DNA from: Antedon mediterranea
Taxonomy: Eukaryota > Animalia > Echinodermata
Reading direction: 5' to 3'
NCBI RefSeq assembly: GCF_964355755.1
Contig: NC_092679.1
Span: 17,591,432-17,655,431, forward strand
Length of the DNA: 64,000 nucleotides
The translations under genes and the position numbers were made by a program. The notes beneath the pieces were generated by a model. It was not told the origin of the DNA. It did no database searches and saw only the letters and a list, made by a program, of their open reading frames with translations. Positions 52,601-64,000 of this stretch are shown here, in pieces (position 1 is the stretch's first letter; each line of letters opens with the position of its first letter).

Positions 52601-55600
52601 CATGAATATTTGTTTTTCTCTCTTCGGTATTATTGATTATTTGTTCACACCATGAAGGAATAAGTTCAAATAAGTATATTAAAAAATCTTTTTTTTACAG
52701 ATCTTCATCTATTAACTTAATTATAAAGCTTTCTTTCTTTTATCAAATGTGTATTAAACCTATAGGTGTTGTTGATTATCGAGTAACAATTTAATTCTAG
52801 CGTATTTCATTCGAATAATATTATCTCAAGTGATTCGTAATATTTTACCTGGCGTAAAACTGTACACTTTCGAATTTCGTATGGATCTTTTCTTTTTCTT
52901 TATTTATTTTAACAAAATGTTCATATATTTATTTTATATTTTGTAAGTAAAATTATGAAAAGTATGAATATGTAAAGTATAAATGTTTTTTCTAACTATG
53001 GTTTATAAAGTGTTATAAAATCACATTGCTTTGGTTGATAGGACTTGGCTACTTTGGTTCAGCCTCTCTGATTGGCCAAAGCGATTCTCATAGAGTTGAT
53101 TATCTGTCTAGTGACCAATCCTAGGGGAGATATTTCAGTGTACGTTTCCTCCGAAGTATAAATTAAAATCAAGAAGAACAAGCTCAATAGCTTTAAAATC
53201 TAAGTTTAATCTACATCTATTCGTTTCGACCAGCAGGCAGGTATAGAGAAATTTGAGGAGGGAAAGGTTTGTATTAGGCCTATAGTTGGTAAAGTTAAGC
53301 GTAATGTGAAATTTAGGCTTACCGTATACACTTTACGATTAATTTCAAAGTTAGGCCTATTGACACCCTTTACGAATTGTAAGTTAGGCCTACTGATACC
53401 CTTTACGATTTCAATGTTAGGCCTACTGTTTTTTAGTTTTCGTTCACTAAATATGTTGTTTTAAGGTTTTTCGTAGGTGACAAGGTATCAGAACGAGGAA
53501 CAACAATTAGAAGAAAACTGTAGAAGGTGAGTTTTTGTTCGCAATTGTTATTTGTAATCGTACATCTAAATACACTTGTTAACATTTTCGGATTATATCT
53601 AAAATATTCGTTGATCGATAAGATAACACTTAACGTGACATAATTCTTTTTTTTATAAATAAACCAATGGTGATTCCAAATAATAAGGAATATATTGATA
53701 TATCGATCTATTTGATCATCAATATGTGATCTGTTCCTTTATTTAGAATTACCCTATAGTTTTATTTATCTGAATTTAATCTGTGGATCTTTTAGATTGT
53801 TTACCACAGTTAAAATTAACAATTTTGTTCGTTGAAAGTTTCATCATTTCGTTCAGAGAGATTTAAAAATCGTTGAAACTTATGACAATGAATACTAAAA
53901 TGCAAAGTAAACGCTTATTTTTTCTTTGAATTTAAAAGCAAATTTAACATATAGGTTGTTCAATTTGAAAAAAATGTAATATCTTTTTTTTGGTCCCTTT
54001 TTCAAAGTTTACAATAATTTTTTCTAAAAAAATTGTCTAAATTGTCAGGAGATATTTTAATTCGTTTGCCTAGTTTAAATTTGCATTAAAAAACACAGAA
54101 AAACATTAATATTGGTTAAAAAACATCGACTTGTTGTTCGGTTTGAAGAAATTAAATATTCTTCAACTTTTATTTTGTAGGCCTACCTCTTATTTTCATT
54201 TAGTTTAAATTAATATCGAAATGCTTAGAAGAAGCTTAGAACTTAGAAAAAAAAAATGGTTAAAAAGAACATCTCCTTATTGTTCGGTTTAAAAATCTTA
54301 CATATTCTCTAACTTGTATTGTGCTCCTTTTGTATTTTACATATTTAAAATAAATTTTGCTTAATGCAATAATATCGAAATTATTTAAAGAACTCCGCCT
54401 TGTTGTTTGATTTGAAGAAAATGATTTAATCTATGCCTGGGCCTATCAGTTGCTTTTTTTTACAACATAATCAATTTTGCACAAGAAATTAAGATCGAAT
54501 TGCTTAAGAAATTTTCATTTCGTTGAAATATTTTTCTTCGAATTCTAATTTAGAAAACAAATTGAATATTGTGTCTAAAACATCGCCCTGTTGTAAGATT
54601 TGGAAACAAAAATATTCTACAAATCAACTTTGCTTAATAACATTGTATCAAAATGATTTAAAGATTCTCATTAAATTATATTTATTTGAATTTTAAAACA
54701 AATAACTATTGGTTAAAAAACGTATTTTTGTGAGGTTTGAAGAAAATTATAATTTTGTTTTTGGTATTTTTTTTTAATACAACAAAACATAATATTAAAC
54801 TGTTGAGGAGATTTCAAATCATTAAATCATTTTCCTTTGAATTAGAATTCCAAAAAAAAAACATTTTGATTGTTTCTAACGGATTATAGAACATCACCTT
54901 CTTGTGAGTGGTTTCTTTTGCTTAATTTTGTTAAGAAATTAATATCGAATTCGTTTTTCAATTATATTTCTATTCAGTAAGAAAATGTAGTATTGCTATT
55001 TTCTTTTCGTTTTTCATCGCAAAAATCATCAAAAAAAAATTCTGTTTACGAAATTAATATTTTTAGATACTGAGGTTTAAAATTCGTTAAAAAACTGTGA
55101 AATATAGGAAATAAAATTGAATATATTGCTGAGGTTGTGTAAAGTATCATTTTAAATGATTTTCAAATTTTTATTTTAAATTAAATTTTAAGAAAAAAAA
55201 ACGCACTAACCATTTAATAAGATTTTAAATTCGTTAACTCTTTTTTTCGTATTTCATATCTTTATTAATATTCAGAGTTAAATGAAAACAAAACAATGAT
55301 ATTGTCTACATCCAGTAATAATAATTAAGTTTTGTTTTATGTTTATGGCCGACGTCAATTAGTTTTAAATTCATCTAAATGATGGATGAAACTAGTAACT
55401 AGTAGTATTATAATAATTAATTTGCTTGGTAAATTATATTATAAATATTTGTTTACTGAACTTGTTAAGTATATTCATATTGTACTACATTGTATGTGAT
55501 GTATAAATATTTATATAATGATGCTACGTACTTGATAAAACTATAAAATATGGCCTCATACGTGTTATGTACGAAATAATCATCAATAGTTTATTTCGGT

Positions 55601-56102
55601 TTAAATGTATTAGTTACAGAGAAATTCATTGTTATGTTTCCTTTTTTGTTTGTATACTTTACGCGTCTTTGGGGAGCGCTCTATTATGTCATCGTCTCTG
55701 CTGAGTACTCATTCGTCTACATGAGCCTGTAACCGAAGTCCCTATCCTTTGCCTGAGTCGGTAAGATCCCAGCAACCGTCCCGCATTACCTTATTAGGGA
55801 TCTTCCTATTTGCGAAGACCTACTGTAAGACTACCCATTATTGTGTCGTCGGTCGTCGCCTATACTTAAAATATGTCGAAGTGTCGAGCACACGTCCCAA
55901 TGTTCCCGCATGCGCACAATGTAACTAGTCCTCGGTTCTTGGTCGTCGCAAATCGCCAACTCCCCCATTATTATCAGGGAAGAGTTAATTAATTTAACTC
56001 TTCCCTGTTATTATGTACACAATTCTACAAAAATAGTTATAGGCTAGTACTCTTGATTAGCAATATTTCTTTCGAAATAACGAATCTTGGAAATATGAAG
56101 TG

Positions 56103-56937
56103 AATTATTCAAATGACTTATTCTCTCGCGTGGCACGTCACTAACATTTGATTGCTATATTGTTTATTTATTATATCGGCCCACTTATGAATAAATAAAA
56201 CATAGACTGCCCTCTATTATTGCAGTCGAGAAAACAACATACACTGTTTGAGTTGAGCTGCAAAAGAAATGAAATTGAAAATCAATTTAATGAAAATGTA
56301 AATAAAAATAAAAAATGGCAAACAGTGAGATTATTGACCCTGATTTAAACTTAAAGTTGATAATGTAGGCCTATTGTAGGCCTACTTTGGAAAGGAAAGA
56401 GAATCTACGCGAGTGAAAAAAGACTCCAGCTGAGATTCGAACTCGGAACCGTTTGATTTGATATGCAAACGCACTAGTTTTAATCATGAAGTCTGTATGT
56501 ATTCAATGGTAGGGCAATTAATTATTCAAATGACTTATTCTCTCGCGTGGCACGTCACTAACATTTGATTGCTATATTGTTTATTTATTATATCGGCCCA
56601 CTTATGAATAAATAAAACATAGACTGCCCTCTATTATTGCAGTCGAGAAAACAACATACACTGTTTGAGTTGAGCTGCAAAAGAAATGAAATTGAAAATC
56701 AATTTAATGAAAATGTAAATAAAAATAAAAAATGGCAAACAGTGAGATTATTGACCCTGATTTAAACTTAAAGTTGATAATGTAGGCCTATTGTAGGCCT
56801 ACTTTGGAAAGGAAAGAGAATCTACGCGAGTGAAAAAAGACTCCAGCTGAGATTCGAACTCGGAACCGTTTGATTTGATATGCAAACGCACTAGTTTTAA
56901 TCATGAAGTCTGTATGTATTCAATGGTAGGGCAATTA
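56103..56937 (+). repeat. Tandem duplication, 2 x 417 bp
   Basis: aattattcaaatgacttattctctcgcgtgg starts at 56103 and 56520; the copies look identical by eye. Confidence 0.92.
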
Positions 56938-57749
56938 TGTTTACTTTCCGTGTGTTGTGCAGCGACCTCAGTTCTCGACTGCGCACGCGCAACAGAAATC
57001 TATGTCTAAGGTAATTTTGCATTTATTGAAATGAGAGCTCGCGGAAGAGATACCTAAATACTGAAACAGAACACAAACCATGGTTTATTTACTATGTTTA
57101 GGTATCCATTACGAGCCCATATATTGTATATATGTATTATGTTAAGATCTTGCACAAATATTTTATAAATTTAAGCCTATAAAGGCCTACCCTACATTAA
57201 TAAAATTCCCATCTTGGACCATGTCTTCATTAGTCCCATAAAGTTTATGCCTGTTGTACTGTAGGCCTATTTGAGTAATTTTTCTTAAATTAATAAAATC
57301 GTTGAAACAATACAGACAAAACTGCACTTCAGGCCCAAGCCATTCGCACCCCTTAACTCTAGTGCAGCATTCTAGATTTACCACCTGAGAAGCGATAGAA
57401 AGGCGTGAGGAAATAATGTATACTGTTTCATGTGTATAATGTTTTCCACATAATCATCCATGACGTTTTGTCGCTTGATTTTAGGCTTTCGATTATCAAA
57501 TCAGATTCCTTAGATTATTCTTAATTTTAAACAGGGAAAGTGAGATACTCACTCTTACATGATTTTAACATCCTTCGTTTAAAAATGTAAATCTTAATTT
57601 GGAGAACTTAAAAAGGGCCAGCTTTTATATTGCCGTCCTTCTGCTTTCGTAATTATGCCATAAATATTATAATATGACCGTGAGTGAAAAAATGTCCCAC
57701 CTGACTTTATGAGTAGGTAACATACAGAACACATTAACATTGAATGTTA

Positions 57750-58841
57750 GGCCCTGTTCAGACCCATGGCGTTAGACCGTTTTAGCGTACAACGTTACTA
57801 GCAAGGTCACGTTACAAACCGCAGAGAAAAAAACGAGGTGTTCAGACCCATAGCGTACGATTATCGTTACAACGGAAGTACGTCATTCAGGTTGTTTCTA
57901 GTTGCATATTCATGTGCTCTTACCCACGTGTTTTCATCATTATTTCCACTGTGTATAGGCCTAGGCCTAGATCTCAGCCCTACAATTATGACAAAGTTTG
58001 CCGTAAATAAAACAACATACCTCAGCATTTATTTAAGAAAAATATAGTAAAGCCAAATTTCTGTTTCTATTGTTTTTATTTTGTATTTTGTATTAAAAAA
58101 CATTTTCCCCAGGTTCTTGTGTTACGAAAATAAAGCAGGCCTCCTAATGATGAAGAAAAAATTGATTGTGATAGTCTATCCAGTCCAGTCAAAGATATAT
58201 ATTCTTTGTTCCAGTAGGTTGAAAATAATCCTTAACTTGCTAATAAAAGGGACACAGCTCCCCTTGTTTGTTTACTGATTTTTTTAGGAGTTAGGGGGTT
58301 TTCAGCATTAAACTTGTCCAGTCTAGTCTGCCTTGTATATGAATGAGTGACTTGATGTCCCACGCTAGTTTTTAGCTTGAATGAAATGCGTGAATGACTC
58401 TAGGCCTAGCTAGGCCTAAAAGCGGATGGGATCGTAGTCCCTATGTTTAAATACAAGGTGCATGTATTTATGTCATTTGTTAGAAAATATAATGGTAATC
58501 AGTTGATAGTAGTTTGTAGCCTTTGTAACAGTTGTATTTGTAGTGTAGTTAGGCCTTATTTATTCTGGCCTTTTTGTTATTGAAATCCATCTCACACATT
58601 GACGATACAAGATGTCAGCCTAGGTCAAACCTTGTTTCGCGTCATAACAGGAAACGTTCTGATTGGATACAACGTTGACTTACAGTAGCGTCGTACGCTA
58701 AAACGGTACTATCAACCGTTTTCCACTACAACGCTACAACCGTTGTACGACGCGTTGTACGCTAATCCCCAACTGTTCAGACACACATTCTTTTAGCGTC
58801 GTACGCTAAAACGGTCTAACGCCATGGGTCTGAACAGGGCC
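57750..58841. mobile_element. Harbinger-type non-autonomous element with TTA TSD
   Basis: tta|ggccctgttcagacccatggcgttagaccgttttagcgtac ... gtacgctaaaacggtctaacgccatgggtctgaacagggcc|tta. Confidence 0.88.
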
Positions 58842-59848
58842 TTAATGTCCTTTTCTAATTTTATGATAGTGTAATAACACTGGTAGACTTAAGTTATTAA
58901 CCTCAGTCCCCATAGATTATGAAGCAGTGCTTTAGAAGTTAAAGTTCAAAATACTTATGGGTAAAACTTATAGTAATTTGTTGTATTAATTCACAGTCCC
59001 AAAATCACCGGAAAATATAGAAATAATGTATTCGCACGTCGAAATACGTTTCTGAGTTTCTGATTGGTGTAGGCTATAGCGTAGTTTCATCGCAAGTAAA
59101 TTTCATTTATATGCATACGCATGCGTATAACTAGACACTTTCGACTCATTTTCGACTTATGGAAAAAAAGCTTATATTATTATACATTTTATACTGTAGA
59201 GATTTTTAAAATGGTTGAAACTTGAAACGTTTTACAATTTTCTAAACAAAGGTGTAACATTTCTAAAACTACCCTCCAAAACTATGATTAATATATTATG
59301 GTACAGGAATGGTTAGTTAATAGGCTTCAGTTTGTTAAAGATTCCACACATTGCGGATAAACCTATAGATTTTAAACCTACGTAGTTTTTGACGTCATCA
59401 TTGCATTCGGAAATTGAAAACTCGGAGTTAAGCTTAAAAATTGCTTTAAATATTTCCTCCTAAGGGTTCCGTACGTATATTTTGATTGGTTGGCTTGTTT
59501 TGTTGGAAACGAAGTTTGTTGTACTTTAAAATTCAGCATTTTCACGGACCCTTTATTTTCGCAACTTTCGCGATTGGACAACGATCGCGAACATTAGGGG
59601 CACGCGAAAATTGTAAAACAGTAATTATGTTGTTGGTTACAATGATTACAATACATCACACATGAAATTAAACTTATCATTAAAATCAGTACATATTGTC
59701 TTTTTATTTTAAAAATAAGCATATTTGTACATTCTTATTCTAAGTTTCTTAACATATACGGTACCATTATTGTTTTTTGTTTATACATTCATAATAATTT
59801 AATCAGAGCCGAAAAAATGCATCCACTAACCATCTACTTTCCCTCTAT

Positions 59849-60431
59849 CATATTGATCTCCTAGTTATATTGACCCCTAGTTATATTGACCCTCGAGTTA
59901 TATTGATCCCCTAGTTATATTGACCCTCTAGTTATATTGACTCTCTAGTTATATTGATCCTCTAGTTAAATTGATCCTCTAGTTAAATTGATCCACTTGT
60001 TATATTAACCCTCTAGCTAAATTGATCCTCTAGTTATATTGACCCTCTAGTTATATTGACCCTCTAATTATATTGACCCTCTAGTTATATTGACCCTCCA
60101 GTTATATTGACCATCAGTTATATTGACCATCAGTTATATTGATCCTCTAGTTATATTGACTCTCTAGTTATATTGACCATCAGTTATATTGACTATCAGT
60201 TATATTGATCCTCTAGTTATATTGATCCTCTAGTTATATTGACCCTCTAGTTATATTGACCCTCTAATTATATTGACCCTCTAGTTATATTTACCCTCTA
60301 GCTATATTTATCCTCTAGTTATATTGACCCTCTAGTTATGTTTACCCTCTAGTTATATTGACCCTCTAGTTATATTGATCCTTTAGTTATATTGATCCTT
60401 TAGTTATATTGACCCTCTAGTTATATTGACC
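59849..60431. repeat. Minisatellite of about 17 bp (TAGTTATATTGACCCTC)n
   Basis: More than 30 contiguous units with no unique spacers. Confidence 0.95.
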
Positions 60432-61416
60432 ATCATTTTAAATCTCAAGTTATTACTGACTTTCTTATACTGACCTTCTTAACGCAATTATTATATAATT
60501 ATAGCTTAGCAACGATGGAATAATTATATATTTTGTTATATATTAGGCCTATCTCTATATTATAATACGTATTACAATTAAATTTTAATATTTAATATTG
60601 TATAAAAAAAGCCCAATAGTTCACCCTCGCAAGGCTTAGTAGTGTGTGGCGAAAGTAATTTAGTAGTAATTAAAAAAAGCGACCGATGTCGTATAAATTC
60701 CAATACTATTAAAATCAAAATATGCAATATTCAAAAGCATTTCAATCTATTATTAAAGAAAAACTATTTGAAAATATATGTACAGCTGCAAGTAACTTTG
60801 GAAGTCACGTATACAGAATTATCCAAATTAAAGAGCCCGCATCCGACCCCGTGTGGATAATAATTTACGTACGTAATCGATGTAGAAATATGAATTATTC
60901 ATCATATTCCGCTACCTTATTGAATATTCATTAGGTGTGGTGTAAGAATTAACTTGACTACAATTCGCTTTTACAAATGCTTTCCACCGAGCACCAAGCC
61001 GTTCACCACCTGTATAGTCGAATGGTTTAAAATATGGATTTTACATGTCGCTGTATTGGGTTCGAGTCCCATGAGCAACTTTGTTTACTAAGAGATTTAG
61101 AGGGTTAAGTTACGTTATAGTTAGGAAATAAGTCGACTATCTTGTCATTCTTTCACATAGAAAATAATGAATAATTCATGATTTCTGAACCGCTTACTGG
61201 ACGAGAAAAAAAATTCGCTGGCCGGAGTGGGAATTGATATTTTAAATACTATCAAAGCATGAATTTATTGGCGGAAGGCAAACAAACCTATTCTAGAACG
61301 TTTTCTATATAAGATAAAACACAAATAATAATACGAGCTAGCACAAACTACCGTAAGCATTGGATAAATAGACGAACTAACTACCCGTTCCATTTTTGAT
61401 CGTTCAAAATTCCATT

Positions 61417-63915
61417 TTACGATATTAGGATAAAATTAGATTTAAACTCCGTGTTAGTTTCCGATGAAACTACCCGGCCGTTTCTGTTAATTGTGAGAAA
61501 ACGCGTCGTAGTCCTACTCGGAAACACTTTCTCGAAATTGCGTTTATTTACTTTAACGTGTACTAACGACTGAAAGGATATAAAGCAGGATCGTCTGGAT
61601 TTTTCCCGCCATAAGATATCAATATTTAGTTCAGACAGGATTTCTTCCTCTGTGTTCTGAAAAAAAAAAAATTTTAACTGTACTATTTTCGTCTGTTATC
61701 ATCTTCACCATACTTTTTATCATCGTCTAATCCTCTAATACACCATCATCATTATCATCACCATCTATAATCACATATCTTATATCATCACCACCATCCT
61801 CATCATCATCGTCATCGTCAAGAACAACATCAACATTATTATGATCATCATCATCATCGTCATCATCAAGAACAACAACAATATCATCATCAACATCATC
61901 ATCAAGAACAACAACATCATCAACATCATCATTAAGAACAACATTATCATTATCATCATCATTATCATCAAGAACAACAACAACATTATCATCATCATCA
62001 AGAACCAAAACATTATCAACGTCATCAATAACAACATTATCATCATCAAGAATAACATCAACATTATCATCATCATCATCATCAAGAACAACAACAATAT
62101 TATTATCATCATCGTCATCATCATCATCATCATCATCAAGAACAGCAGCATTATTATCATCACCATCATCATCATCAAGAACAACAGCATTATTATCATC
62201 ACCATCATTATCAAGAACAACAACATTATCATTATTATTATCATCACCATCATCCTCATTGCATTATCTTTATTGTCAGCCATCATCCACTTCTTAAAAA
62301 GAACATAACACTGTTTTAGTTTCTAGGCCTACATACATTTCTTGCAGATATTTTCCCAAGCCTGTCCATTGATAAGTAAAGTCCTGATTCAGTGCCTCGA
62401 ATGATGACCAAATTAGGTCCGACAGCAAAAATGGTTAATTCAACTATAATGTAAAACAAAAAAAATTATTCATACAGTATTATGCAAAATATGCAACATT
62501 TACCAGCATCATATTACATTAATTCGTAAACAATTAACTCATTAGGGTATCAGAGGGACATAATAATGATAATATGGAACTCTGATGGGCATGGGTTCGA
62601 GCATATCTGTACCATACTGATTGCATCCTTAGGCCAGATGCTCTACTCTCATTGCCTTGTCCTTTAGATGGGATGTAAAGCAGTTGGTCTCGTGTACGTA
62701 CAGTGCACGCTAAAGAACTTGGTACTGTTTGAAAAAGAGTAGGGGATCCTCTCCCGGTGTGCTGACTTGGTAGGCGCCGCACTGCTGGCTGCCGCCGTGG
62801 GTCCGTGGAGTGCCTAATCCGAATTTCCTCAGTTTCCAGTTAAGCTTGAGGACCAGAATAAAAAACCTTTACCTTTTAACCTTTGATTCATATAGAGGAG
62901 ACTTTGAGGTGTCCATGTCCGAAATAGTATCATGTAATATGGTGCCTTTCGGCCCAAACCTTAATATCTAATTTAGTAATTGGCAGACAGAGAAACAACT
63001 ATATACGAAATATAAAGACTATACTTGCGAATGTTGTTCTTCTTAGTTTAATTCTTATTAAAACAACATAACAGCAATGTTATCAATTTAGTTTTCTGTT
63101 TTGTGAGAATCTTTGTATTTGATTTCTTTATTACAATAGCTGTTCATAATGACAATCGCATTTTACGATAAACGTGGTCGAAAATACAGTCTCGCCTAAC
63201 CCAAGTATTGTTACTGTACACTCTATACTCTCTACAATAAACAATGTTATACATTGTATTATTTATTTTATAATATTTCTATACAAAGTGGTTATAATTA
63301 AATAAGTATTGTCAAACAATGGAATTGCTAAACATGAAATAACATAAAATCGAACTTTGAATAGGCGCCATTTTGTAGTTTGAATAAAGTCACTCACTTT
63401 CTCCGAAAAACCCAACAAACATGATTTCGCTTCAGTCGTTATCTTTCGGTTTATTTTAAACAAAAATAAACCGGTTTATTTTAAACAAAAATAAACCGGT
63501 TTATTTGGGGGTTTTTTCCGAAGTAAATAACTATTATTCTACATTAAAATAGCATATTCAATAGATTTTAAAGTTATTATTTTCAGAGAGAAATTAATAT
63601 ATCTTTAATAATTAATTTTTTACGAACCGTATTTGTTTTTACAGTTACTTGTGCCATGGACATGTCCATCTGGTCCGATCATCAGAAATAAACCAGTTCT
63701 TGACAAAACTCTTTTTACAACTTTATGATGGTCCAACCTGGCTTCCTCGGTATCTGAGGTCGTCGTCTCCCTGTTTTCTGATTTGTCGTTAAAATAAGCC
63801 AATGTGGATTGGTTTGTCTCTATCTCCACCGTTGATTCAATCAGCGAACCCAGGATAACGATAACACAAATGGCATATAAAGGACACACAGTGACATTTT
63901 TGGTACTGGAGACAT
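61417..63915 (-). CDS. Divergent FGF-family gene, copy C; exons 63915-63628, 62443-62337, 61656-61417; 1-nt frame disruption near the start
   Basis: RVLSRTGLFLMIGPDGHVHGT; IIRGTESGLYLSMDRLGKISARN; DILWREKSRRSCFISFQSL. ATG 63915 is out of frame with the FGF core. Confidence 0.78.
61697..62290. repeat. Compound (CAT)n/(CAA)n microsatellite in FGF copy C intron 2
   Basis: Direct reading; it generates the poly-D, poly-M and poly-I ORFs. Confidence 0.95.
62540..62878 (+). mobile_element. Decayed tRNA-derived SINE with a Deu/Nin-like core in FGF copy C intron 1
   Basis: B-box-like gggttcgagc near 62593, core gaaaaagagtagggg..cccggtgt and tail acctttaccttt. Confidence 0.55.
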
Positions 63916-64000
63916 CTTCTTCTATTTTCAAATCAAATTATCTGAAAAAATGTATTCAAGTTTTTTCCCAGTGTAAAGCTTTGTCTACACTATCAAACTA

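Noticed and set aside
54000-55300. Degenerate repeats such as aacatc..cttgttgttcggtttgaagaaa
   Set aside because: Too decayed to define units or boundaries; probably an old satellite or transposon interior.
59849-60431. CRISPR-like array
   Set aside because: Contiguous 17-bp minisatellite without spacers or cas genes.
61010-61078. tRNA gene (also tRNA-like traces near 39915-39980 and 56424-56450)
   Set aside because: A/B-box-like motifs are present but no complete cloverleaf could be built; more likely decayed SINE heads.
61727-62308. Poly-Asp, poly-Met and poly-Ile ORFs
   Set aside because: Translations of an intronic CAT/CAA microsatellite.

Overview
AT-rich, repeat-dense animal genomic DNA with spliced genes. 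An invertebrate deuterostome such as an echinoderm is plausible, but that is inference. Host genes, all on the minus strand, are the first coding exon of a TMEM26-like gene (4464-4654) and a tandem array of three divergent three-exon FGF-family genes (21180-23258, 46934-49663, 61417-63915); the third has a frameshift near its start. The standout feature is a 12.1-kb Polinton/Maverick-derived element (7361-19459) with AGTAGT termini and a perfect 6-bp TSD (CATTCA). It forms a giant palindrome: about 3.77-kb inverted arms around a 761-bp spacer. Each arm carries an intact acidic ORF with tandem SUMO-interacting-type motifs, a spliced acidic IxCxE-bearing gene fragment, a dead integrase N-terminus and a probable pPolB C-terminal fragment. 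The spacer holds a 5'-truncated, spliced, tail-anchored Bcl-2-like gene. The element sits inside an older MITE, and its right arm contains a Helitron nested in a Helitron. The rest of the window is LINE fragments, Harbinger-, Kolobok- and HINE-type non-autonomous elements, a SINE, a 4-kb tandem duplication and mini/microsatellites. All family assignments were made by eye, without database searches.
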